A stretch of 64,000 nt of DNA from Saprospiraceae bacterium (lineage in GTDB: Bacteria > Bacteroidota > Bacteroidia > Chitinophagales > Saprospiraceae). This document shows, piece by piece, positions 52,801 to 60,613 of the stretch. Location of the stretch: contig JAEUUV010000242.1 in the NCBI GenBank assembly GCA_016787285.1, positions 8,905 through 72,904 of the forward strand, given 5' to 3'. Below the pieces are notes generated by a model. The model was not told the origin of the DNA. It did no database searches and saw nothing but the letters and a program-made list of their open reading frames with translations. Within the stretch, counting starts at the first letter, position 1, and every line of letters begins with the position of its first letter. The position numbers and the translations under genes were made by a program.

Positions 52801-54422
52801 TCGCGCTTGCCCTGACTGGCCAAGGCATAGTGCGTCAGTTTGGGCCGCGCTTCGATTTCGTGCCGGCCAAAATCGTAGTTGATAAAACCTTTGGCCACCA
52901 TTTCAGCCAGTAGCGACTGGATGCTGGCGTAGGTGAACTTGGGGTTCAGTTCCCGGGCAAAGAGATCGTCGGAGATCACTTTGGTCTGGCGCGTGCTGTC
53001 CCAGTAGGTTTCTTCCATCAGTTTGTGCATGACGGAAATGGGATTCACGCTGGTGATATTTTGCATGCGCACATACTCGCCGGCATCGAAGCGGTTGCTA
53101 CTTTCGAATTCGACTTTCTGGCTGACACCTTTCACGGCGCCGATGCGTGAGCCGATTTCAAGCGAGTCGTTGGCTACAAACCAGGATACCTTTTCGGCTT
53201 CGAGGTTCATGTTGTAAAATGACGAGTAAAACGGGTTGCGCTCGGAGCCTTTTTCGCCGCGAGTCAGTTGGATCACCTGGTTGGGAATTTCCAGTCGGAA
53301 GTTGACCGCCGGGTGAAACAGGCTGTCGCTGTCCATAAACAGTTTGGCATTCACACCTTCCGCGATGATACTCACCTCGCGCTTGATGATGAACAACTCG
53401 CCTGTACCGTAAAAAATTCGCTCCCGTTTTTTGTTGAAAATGGTCAGGCGGGCGGGTTGGGCGGTGTTGCCGTAGCCGTACACCGACGAACCCCACAGCC
53501 GGAAACCGCCGATGTACTCAATGCCTTCGCCGATTTTGGCAATCTTGAGCGACTGCTCGAACGACTCAAACCGGGGGTACTGCGCCGTGGAGTTCTTGGT
53601 GGAAATCACCACATTTTCCTCGAATTTGCCCCAAATAGCGCCCTGCGGGAAGTACAGCGGGTAGGAAAACTCCGCCGAGTCGCATTTGAAAATCGGCTTT
53701 TTGGCTTCCACCGTGTAGGAAGTCAGCCGGGCATACACCGTAGAGTCCAGACCGGCAGTTTGCCAGGTGACTTTGCCACCGTTCCCTTGCCAGATTTCCT
53801 CAAACGGGTAATAAGTGCCGCTGGTACCGATCACTACGGTGGAGTCTGCTTTGCGCTGACCGATCAAGTTTACGTTTTCGCAGCGCAACGCCGGGCGTTT
53901 GTCCTCGTACACAAAATCGAACTTTCCGCCGCTGATTTTCCATACAATCAGGCCGGCCTCGCGAGCCTGAAACGCACGCTGCGCGATGAAGTCCGCCGAG
54001 AAGTCAAGCATTTGTGAGATCGGCTTTGTTTTGCCTTTTTCAATATCGGCGATGGTGCGTTCGGCAAACGTGTGCCAGCGAAGGAAAAACGAAGTATCGG
54101 GGTCAAGCCGGGCTGCCGTGACGGCGTTGATGTAACTTTTGTAGTACGGAAATGCGCCGAGGCGCTGCTCGGCCAGCAGGTTGGCCATACGTACCACACT
54201 TGCCATGTCTTGCTCCTTGTACAAACCGGCTTTGAACTGGTTTTTGAACACCGCGAACGCCTCGGCCATATCGGGGCGCTTGGAGGCGTTCATAAACTCG
54301 TCCAATTTTTCTACAAACTCGTTGGGGTTGTCCGGGAATTTGGCTGGCGCCTGGGCAAAAACAGATTGGATGGAAAGAAAAAATGCGAGGAGAAGGGCAA
54401 GTTTTTGGAAACGTAGTGTCAT
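49893..54422 (-). CDS. Very large secreted protein (about 1508 aa) of unknown function
   Basis: The ATG at 54422 gives the signal peptide MTLRFQKLALLLAFFLSIQSVFAQ. The frame is open throughout and I recognise no domain. Confidence 0.7.
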   Translation of the reverse strand: MTLRFQKLALLLAFFLSIQSVFAQAPAKFPDNPNEFVEKLDEFMNASKRPDMAEAFAVFKNQFKAGLYKEQDMASVVRMANLLAEQRLGAFPYYKSYINAVTAARLDPDTSFFLRWHTFAERTIADIEKGKTKPISQMLDFSADFIAQRAFQAREAGLIVWKISGGKFDFVYEDKRPALRCENVNLIGQRKADSTVVIGTSGTYYPFEEIWQGNGGKVTWQTAGLDSTVYARLTSYTVEAKKPIFKCDSAEFSYPLYFPQGAIWGKFEENVVISTKNSTAQYPRFESFEQSLKIAKIGEGIEYIGGFRLWGSSVYGYGNTAQPARLTIFNKKRERIFYGTGELFIIKREVSIIAEGVNAKLFMDSDSLFHPAVNFRLEIPNQVIQLTRGEKGSERNPFYSSFYNMNLEAEKVSWFVANDSLEIGSRIGAVKGVSQKVEFESSNRFDAGEYVRMQNITSVNPISVMHKLMEETYWDSTRQTKVISDDLFARELNPKFTYASIQSLLAEMVAKGFINYDFGRHEIEARPKLTHYALASQGKRDYDAIKIESVSTGANASLNLKTKETTIYEVKRIELSERQKVGFIPQAKTLTLLENRDMRFGGRLFAGFALFEGKDMYFDYNKFHVEFDSVQNLDFYLPTGKDDVNGRPIADAMNSTVEYVSGILLVDAPNNKSGKEDLAIFPSLQSKKHSFVFYDRSSIQGGAYTRDSFYFKLDPFSFNGLDSYTADMLKFKGEMTSADIFAPFRETIIVRTEDKSFGFIHQTPQKGYPTYSKKGNYTGKLDLSNKGFLGKGTVEYLTADIVSEDIVFRPKQMTCTARTFFMEEDRQSAVKVPQARGEDVKVNWLPYRDSMYVESKAKAFDLFKAPGYNHNGVLVLTPSGLKGRGEFEWFGGKLTSRVISYGPFQASSDTADLQIKALSGEGIVFDSRNVRGELDFDRQIGDFKANTAESSTTLPLNKYRTSMNEFTWDMKAQTVTFKSDEKEPGNFVSIDPDQDTLQFKGKTALYDMKNSQLKIGGVEVIKSADAFIYTSDGKIEIQAGGLMKQIENAKILADTVSKYHTINRATVGILGKKLYKATGYYEYNIPDHTQEIFFNNIIGERRGPGTPATKNVLTTASGEVKAADSFYMDVKTLFAGTVILSANQQNLRFEGLAKIKTDFVENPWFSVYSEVDKNDPVVRVKNIKNAEDEPLFLGFFQSKETGELYPRILQGPYARTDRPIINGEGVFKYDPQNDRFTFGDSARVTTPSVLVGPKMVYENKTGVLNAEGPLSIGSGLEYMKVKAAGRLKTDYNIPDTASFVVTGEFMTGMDITVPKVLMEMMLNEIRAATFDAQAPPFNTQQAFYRPALSEFIPDEKDREEALNNLNSNFLNLPKKDNKFAFLLGRHPVIWNPEYQSFLSVEDRIPVVSINGEPIQKMLNAFVEYKMPGNEDDRFYLYIKASADLWYFFGYQAGALNVVSSSTRFNDALLGLKAKETQIKMPNGEIYEVVAANPALADAFVNRVKNGRKW

Positions 54423-54489
54423 GTTTAAACCTGGGCTGATAAAAAATTTACGGCGTGTGAAACGCGCAAGGCGCGCCAAAAGTACGGCC

Positions 54490-55320
54490 TTAACGGATTT
54501 GGGTAAACACGATGGAAAGCCAATTGCCACGCGCGCTTACCGTCTGTTTCATAAACCCTGTTTGCTGCGCCGCATCCGTCACCACCGCTTCGTCTTCCCG
54601 CAGAATACCTGACACTAACAGCCAGCCGCCGGGTTTGGTCAGTTCCGCGAGGCGAGGCAACGAATCCAGAATCACATTCCGGTTGATATTGGCCAAAATA
54701 CCGTCGAAACCGGCGCCCTGCACGGCGGCGAGGGTGCCGCAACGGGCCGTAATTTGTTCAGCCACACCGTTGGCGACGCTGTTCTCCAGCGTATTCCGGT
54801 ACGATTCCTCCTCAATGTCCACGGCTTCCACCTCGACCGCGCCGAGTCGTGCGGCCAGAATGGCCAGCACACCGGTACCGCAGCCGTAGTCGAGCAATTT
54901 GGCGCCGCGGCAAGGCAGTTCGCGCAAAGCGCGCAGGCACATCCAGGTGGTTTCGTGATGCCCGGTGCCGAAAGCCATTTTCGGATTGATGACTAATTCG
55001 TGTTGCACGCCGGGCTGGGGTTGGTGAAAATCGGCGCGCACGGCGCAGAAATCCTCCACGATAACCGGCTGAAAGTTGGATTCCCAGATTTCGTTCCAGT
55101 TTTGGGCTGGAAGAAATTCCTTGTCCCACTCGAACGCAAACTGCTGACGGAGTTCGTCGAGCAGTTGTTCGGTGTCGGGCAGGGAGGCGCTTGCGGGCAG
55201 GTAGGCGTTCAGAGCGGTCGGCGTTTCCTCAAACGTGTCGAAAGCAGCCTCGGAAAGAAATGCGGGCAAGATTTCGGCGATTTCAGGCTCGGCGCAAAGT
55301 ATAAATTTCCAGTAGTCCAC
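54490..55320 (-). CDS. prmA: Ribosomal protein L11 methyltransferase
   Basis: AFGTGHHETT and LLDYGCGTGVLAILAARLGA are PrmA/SAM motifs. The tracked start codon is GTG. Confidence 0.85.
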   Translation of the reverse strand: MDYWKFILCAEPEIAEILPAFLSEAAFDTFEETPTALNAYLPASASLPDTEQLLDELRQQFAFEWDKEFLPAQNWNEIWESNFQPVIVEDFCAVRADFHQPQPGVQHELVINPKMAFGTGHHETTWMCLRALRELPCRGAKLLDYGCGTGVLAILAARLGAVEVEAVDIEEESYRNTLENSVANGVAEQITARCGTLAAVQGAGFDGILANINRNVILDSLPRLAELTKPGGWLLVSGILREDEAVVTDAAQQTGFMKQTVSARGNWLSIVFTQIR

Positions 55321-55323
55321 AGG

Positions 55324-56364
55324 CTATTTTTTGCGAATCAATTCGATGTGTACCGGCAGGTGGTCGCTGTACCCGTTCAGGAAAATATCGCCGACAAAGG
55401 TGCGCAGCGGATAGCCCCGGAAGGCGCCGTCTTCCTGAAACATCCAGGGCTGCCGGAACACTTCGGCTTTGTGGAATTGCCAGCCGCCGGCCTTTTTCCA
55501 CACCAAGCCTTTAGACAGGATGATCTGGTCGAACAGGTTCCAGGAGTCCCGGTATGCGAGCGTACCGTTTCCGCTTTCAAAAATGTCGTACATCGGGTTG
55601 TACATCTCCCCATCCTTCATCTTTTCGGTGCTGCGCACAGCGCGGAGTACCTTGGCCACGCTTTTGTTGTTGGGGTCGTCGTTCAGGTCGCCCATGATGA
55701 TGATCTTGGCGTTCGGGTCGCGCTCGGTCAGGCTATCCACCGCATTACGGCATACCTGCGCGGCTGCGGCGCGCATCCAGCCGGAGCCTGCCTCGCCGCC
55801 CCGACGCGAAGGCCAGTGGTTGACAAAAACATGCACTGTTTCGCCCAGCAGCGTTCCGGTCACGTGCAGCACGTCGCGGGTTCGGTCGCGTACGCTGTCG
55901 GTTTTGCTTTCGAGCACTACCGGCAGTGCTTCCGAGGCGATGAGGGTAAAATATTTGGGCTGGTAAAGCAGGCCCACGTCAATGCCGCGTTCGTCGGGCG
56001 AGTCGTGGTGCGCAATCCGATAGCCGCGCCCCTGCAAAGCGGGCTGAGCCACCAGGTCTTCGAGCACCACGCGGTTTTCCACTTCGCACACGCCGAGCAG
56101 CGCTACGCCGTCGGGCGTTTTGTCGGTGGCCAGCAGGCTGATGACTTTGGCCATGTTGGTTTGCTTGGACGCGTACTTGGCACTATCCCACAAAAGGCGG
56201 CCTGTGGGCAGGAAATCTTCGTCGTTGATGTCGGGGTTGTTGATCGTGTCGAACAGGTTTTCGAGGTTGTAAAACCCGATGGCCACGATTTCGTATTGGG
56301 CTTTTTGCGCCGAAGCAGTAAGGCTGAGCAGCATCGCGAGGAGTGCGACAAGGTGTGTTTTCAT
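55324..56364 (-). CDS. Endonuclease/exonuclease/phosphatase-family secreted protein
   Basis: The ATG at 56364 gives a signal peptide. The EEP motifs are present (GFYNLENLFD, VNHWPSRRGG, GDLNDDP, SDHLPV). Confidence 0.75.
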   Translation of the reverse strand: MKTHLVALLAMLLSLTASAQKAQYEIVAIGFYNLENLFDTINNPDINDEDFLPTGRLLWDSAKYASKQTNMAKVISLLATDKTPDGVALLGVCEVENRVVLEDLVAQPALQGRGYRIAHHDSPDERGIDVGLLYQPKYFTLIASEALPVVLESKTDSVRDRTRDVLHVTGTLLGETVHVFVNHWPSRRGGEAGSGWMRAAAAQVCRNAVDSLTERDPNAKIIIMGDLNDDPNNKSVAKVLRAVRSTEKMKDGEMYNPMYDIFESGNGTLAYRDSWNLFDQIILSKGLVWKKAGGWQFHKAEVFRQPWMFQEDGAFRGYPLRTFVGDIFLNGYSDHLPVHIELIRKK

Positions 56365-56501
56365 GCTTTTTATAAATTTTGACGGCGCGAAGGTACGGCT
56401 GTGATCGGCATGATTTTGGGATTTGGCGCGGGTCTTGCCGATTGTTTTTTCGGTGTGGTATGTTTGCCGGCCGTTTCGCAAAGACTTGCAAAAATTACAA
56501 C

Positions 56502-57155
56502 ATGAAAAATACGCTGCTCATCCTGTTTTTTTCTCTGCTAACCGGCCTGTGTATCGGGCAACCGCCCCAGCAAAACTCCAGCGTTTATGACCGGGATTCT
56601 CTCTGGAAACCGGATGTCATGCTGGTGGTTGACTCGTTTGTCCACCTGCGAAAAGCCCTGCTGGCATTTCAGCAGGAAAACCAGGCTTCGCTGCTCAATC
56701 TGATTGACACGAACACCTTGCGGCTTGCTCGCGAACTGGATGAAATGTACCAGACGGAGGTGCTGGAGTACAAAAACTGGTTTACCCGGAAGGCCCTTTC
56801 AGGAAAGCGCAAAAAACAGGGATATGCCTATGTAGACCTGATGCTGAAACTTGATGCCTTGTTTTTCTACCCGGACTTGTACGCTGTTTTTGTGAGTTCG
56901 GCACGGTTGGAAGCACAGCCCAAAATCGAAATGGTCAAACGGGATCATGCCCAGAGTTTATACGTCTTGATTATGGGGCATTTGAACGGGATTGGCTTTG
57001 CCAAAAAAGACGAACTGCTCCGGTTGTTTGAAAAATTTCGCAAAGTAGGTCAGGCCATGCCCCATACGATCAATCAGGATTTCGGCCTTGTTTCTGACGA
57101 AGATCGCTACGGATTCCATCTGGTGGACATGCTGTTGTGTCTTTCCCGGGAATAG
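56502..57155 (+). CDS. Hypothetical secreted protein
   Basis: The ATG at 56502 gives the signal peptide MKNTLLILFFSLLTGLCIGQ. I recognise no domain. Confidence 0.5.
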   Translation: MKNTLLILFFSLLTGLCIGQPPQQNSSVYDRDSLWKPDVMLVVDSFVHLRKALLAFQQENQASLLNLIDTNTLRLARELDEMYQTEVLEYKNWFTRKALSGKRKKQGYAYVDLMLKLDALFFYPDLYAVFVSSARLEAQPKIEMVKRDHAQSLYVLIMGHLNGIGFAKKDELLRLFEKFRKVGQAMPHTINQDFGLVSDEDRYGFHLVDMLLCLSRE

Positions 57156-57167
57156 ACCCGCTTAGAT

Positions 57168-58487
57168 TCAATTACTACACGTACAAAAAGCATCCACAAG
57201 CGCCGTGGCTTGAACAAAAAAACTGCCCGGCGGCGTGCCCGGCGGTGGACACACCTGAAAACTTCCGGTATGGCCTGAAAAAACTTCGGTCAGCACGCCT
57301 GCCGGAGTGCTAACCGTGAGCGAAAACGGGGGTGTCCCCGTAAATGTCACGTTTACGGTCTGACAGTCGCCCAGACACACATCCGGTTCCGATACGGAAA
57401 ATTCGACTGAAGGCAGAGGGTGCCATGTCACTTCAATACCATCGGAGACATCCAGACAGGGGTCGTTCAGGTCCACGCTGCCATTGAGGTCATTGCCGGC
57501 GATAGCAGCGATGTAGTACGTCACGCCGGGCTGAAGGGGGGCAGCAAAACTGAAGTCGGGAGTGGCAGAGGTCGCAATGATGCTGCCGGTCGGATCGGCA
57601 GGGTCGCTGTACAGGATGAATTGCAGCAGGTCGTCGGCATCCAGATCATGGTCGTTATTGTGGGTGGCCGAAGCATCCAGCGGGATGCAGATATCCAATG
57701 ACTGGTTTTGCAGGGTGCCTGCCGAGGTTTCACAAAAACAGTTAAACGGGTCGCCGTCTGGAGGAGGGGCGCTCAGGGTTGAACCCAGGAGGAAGATTAC
57801 ACCTTGAAAATTACATAATGTAGTCAGCGTGTTGGTTACCGGATTGTACCGATACAACTTGTTGTGGTCTGTTATGTACATCAGGTTATCAATAGCACAA
57901 AGACCGAATGGGTTTACACCAGGAAATGGTTGTATCTGAACGGATTGCATAGGATCATTCACATCAATCTGCCAAATGGTCTTGGTAGCCCCAGACGTCA
58001 CTCCATACATGATGCCACCTATGAAATATAACTCATCAATGCCAACTGGGAAGTTGCCCAAAAAATTAATTTGTTGCGTGATCGGGTCGTATGTAAACAA
58101 GGCTGGTTGACCATTCAGTTGGCCACTGATGTACACCACACCGTTTGGAGCAAGTACAATACCGAAGAACTCTGATTCTACAGGCCCGAATACGGTCGTC
58201 ATATTGAAATTTGGAGGCGTAAAGATGTTGATCGCTCCACGCAATGGGTTCGTTGCCCTGCTGATAGTGGCATAACTCCCATCCGGATATACGACAAGGT
58301 CGGCTGTTGGGCCGCAGGTAGCCGGCCCAATCACACAGATTTCACAGGTCTGCGTATTCACGGCAAACATCTGGCATCCACCTTGTGGTGTGATAATTCC
58401 GGTACCGTAAACGACCTGAGCGTGTAATTCGGCGGAGCAAATGGTCACCCAAAGCAGTGTAACACTGTATTTAAAAAAATTAGTCAT
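57168..58487 (-). CDS. Secreted Cys-rich protein, paralogue A
   Basis: Signal peptide MTNFFKYSVTLLWVTICSAELHAQ. The C-terminal ~200 aa are nearly identical to the neighbouring gene. Confidence 0.7.
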   Translation of the reverse strand: MTNFFKYSVTLLWVTICSAELHAQVVYGTGIITPQGGCQMFAVNTQTCEICVIGPATCGPTADLVVYPDGSYATISRATNPLRGAINIFTPPNFNMTTVFGPVESEFFGIVLAPNGVVYISGQLNGQPALFTYDPITQQINFLGNFPVGIDELYFIGGIMYGVTSGATKTIWQIDVNDPMQSVQIQPFPGVNPFGLCAIDNLMYITDHNKLYRYNPVTNTLTTLCNFQGVIFLLGSTLSAPPPDGDPFNCFCETSAGTLQNQSLDICIPLDASATHNNDHDLDADDLLQFILYSDPADPTGSIIATSATPDFSFAAPLQPGVTYYIAAIAGNDLNGSVDLNDPCLDVSDGIEVTWHPLPSVEFSVSEPDVCLGDCQTVNVTFTGTPPFSLTVSTPAGVLTEVFSGHTGSFQVCPPPGTPPGSFFVQATALVDAFCTCSN

Positions 58488-58524
58488 AACGTAGCATTTA
58501 TGAAAGACCTTGACCTTATGTCAC

Positions 58525-59847
58525 TCAGTTGTTGCACGAGCAAAAAGCATCCGTAAGCGCCGTTGCCTGCACCAAAAAAGCGCCGGGCGGCGTGCCCGCT
58601 GGCGGGCAGACTTGAAAACTGCCTGTAAGGTTGGAAAACATTTCGGTCAACACTCCCGCAGGAGTGCTTATGGTCAAGGTAAAAGGCGGTACGCCAGTAA
58701 AGGTCACGTTGACCGTTTGACAATTGCCCTCGCATACATCAGGTGTTGACACCGAAAAAACAACTGAGGGTTGAGCATACCAAGTCACTTCAACTCCGCC
58801 GGAAACATCAAGGCAGGTATCGGCCAGATCAACGTTGCCGTTGAGGTCGTTGCCGGCGATGGCTGCTATGTAGTACGTCACGCCGGGCTGGAGCGGAGCG
58901 GCAAAACTGAAGTCGGGAGTGGCAGAAGTGGCAATAATACTGCCGATTGGATCAGCCGGATCGCTGTACAGAATGAATTGCAAGAGGTCATCGGCATCCA
59001 GGTCTTCGTCGTTGTTATGCGTAGCCATAGCGTTTTGTGGGATGCAAATAACCAACGGAACATTTTGCAAGGTGCCCGCCGATGTTTCACAAAAACAATT
59101 ATACGGGTCGCCACCTGGAGGAGGGCCACTCAAGCCATGTCCAAAGGAGCCTATCAGGCCATTGAAGTTGCAAATCTCGGTCAAGGTATTTGTGGCGACG
59201 TTGTATTGATACAACTTGTTTTGCAAGGCCATATACGCCAGACTGCCGGCAGCACAGAAGCCTTGTGGAAACCCACCTACCGGCAAGACGTGTATCGGAG
59301 CCGATTGCATGGGGTCGTTCAGGTTGATGTGCCATACTCGATTTTGGGGGGTTTCAAGGGATACCCCATACAGCTCATTGCCGATGAAAAAAATCTCTTG
59401 CATCATGACGGGCAAATTGCCCACTACAGCAAGTTGCTGCGTAACCGGGTCGTACGAATACAGGATGGGCTGGTTATTTATATGACCATTGATGTACACC
59501 AACCCATTTGGTCCCGTTACTGCACCCGAAAACCAACTCCCGACAGGCCCGTCCACGACTGTTACCGTGTAATTGGGCGGTGTATATATCCGGATTGCCC
59601 CTCTCGACGGATTGATCTCAAAACCAAAGGTGGCAAAACTGCCGTCTTGAAATACAACTACGTCCATTACCCAGTTGGGATCAAACTGAGCTATCGCGCA
59701 GTATTCGCAGGTCTGGGCATTCACAGCGAACAATTGCCAGCCACCTTGTGCGGTGAAACCGAGCGCATAGACGATCTGTGCCTGCAAGCCAGAGGAGCAA
59801 TACAGGGCCAAAAGCAGGGTGCAGGTATATTTGAAAAAACCGGTCAT
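58525..59847 (-). CDS. Secreted Cys-rich protein, paralogue B
   Basis: The ATG at 59847 gives MTGFFKYTCTLLLALYCSSGLQAQ. It is the tandem paralogue of 57168-58487. Confidence 0.7.
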   Translation of the reverse strand: MTGFFKYTCTLLLALYCSSGLQAQIVYALGFTAQGGWQLFAVNAQTCEYCAIAQFDPNWVMDVVVFQDGSFATFGFEINPSRGAIRIYTPPNYTVTVVDGPVGSWFSGAVTGPNGLVYINGHINNQPILYSYDPVTQQLAVVGNLPVMMQEIFFIGNELYGVSLETPQNRVWHINLNDPMQSAPIHVLPVGGFPQGFCAAGSLAYMALQNKLYQYNVATNTLTEICNFNGLIGSFGHGLSGPPPGGDPYNCFCETSAGTLQNVPLVICIPQNAMATHNNDEDLDADDLLQFILYSDPADPIGSIIATSATPDFSFAAPLQPGVTYYIAAIAGNDLNGNVDLADTCLDVSGGVEVTWYAQPSVVFSVSTPDVCEGNCQTVNVTFTGVPPFTLTISTPAGVLTEMFSNLTGSFQVCPPAGTPPGAFLVQATALTDAFCSCNN

Positions 59848-59943
59848 GCCTTTTGATTTGACGTGCAGCCTCATGCCGGACTGTGACGAGCCGGAATTGG
59901 AATGGCTGAAAATTTGCAAATCAAAGGTATTGAAAAATATCCC

Positions 59944-60366
59944 CTACCCCGCCTTGATATACGCCCACTTTTTCCGCTGTTTTTTTACAATTTCCAAAAT
60001 ACCGGCAGGCACTGTACGCACTTCGGGCATCAGTTCGGTGCGGTTGATTTTGCGCTCGCGCAGGGTGTTTTCGCAGCCTACAAAATCCACACCACGAGCC
60101 TTCAGATCGCGGATGCCGGCAGCCTGCTGGGTCTTTTCGGTCACCAAAAAGTAGATACCCATGTTGTGGCACACCACTTCGAGTTGGGCTTTGGGCGCTG
60201 CCGCCAGCAGGTTATTTAGTTGTTTGATGAGGGCTTTGTGCGCCATGGTGTCTGCCGTGGTCAGGTGGTACACGACCTTGTAGGGGGTGTTGTCTACTGG
60301 TTCCGTCTGGGCTGAAAGTGCGGATGTAGCGAGTGTAAAAGCCAAAATGGCAAGTGCGTATTTCAT
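59944..60366 (-). CDS. Periplasmic DsrE/DsrF-like family protein
   Basis: Signal peptide, about 120 aa mature. YKVVYHLTT...LEVVCHNMG...FVGCENT fits the DsrE-like fold pattern. Confidence 0.6.
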   Translation of the reverse strand: MKYALAILAFTLATSALSAQTEPVDNTPYKVVYHLTTADTMAHKALIKQLNNLLAAAPKAQLEVVCHNMGIYFLVTEKTQQAAGIRDLKARGVDFVGCENTLRERKINRTELMPEVRTVPAGILEIVKKQRKKWAYIKAG

Positions 60367-60406
60367 ATCGAATTAATTTAAGAATGTGGTACAAATCATT
60401 TGAGAG

Positions 60407-60538
60407 CAAATTCTGCGTGACGTCTGCGCCTTGAGTCTGTGTAACGTCTGCGCGAATTGTATCGCATTCAGCATCGTGTTTTGAGAATATCACACAGACG
60501 TTACACAGACTCAAGGCGCAGACGTCACGCAGAATTTG
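60407..60538. repeat. Perfect 44-bp inverted repeat with a 44-nt spacer
   Basis: 60407-60450 is the exact reverse complement of 60495-60538. Each arm holds two GT(G/A)ACGTCTGCGC words. Confidence 0.95.
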
Positions 60539-60613
60539 TCAATTAAAAAAATTTCCGCATCCTTATCCTTACCTGTACAACATAAGGACTCGGACGACCA
60601 CGAAGGGTCGCCC

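Noticed and set aside
55000-56382. 460-aa ORF on the plus strand
   Set aside because: It is antisense across prmA and the EEP-family gene, both of which have clear motifs.
60212-60514. 100-aa ORF spanning the 44-bp inverted repeat
   Set aside because: It overlaps the DsrE-like gene start, and its reading frame is created by the repeat itself.
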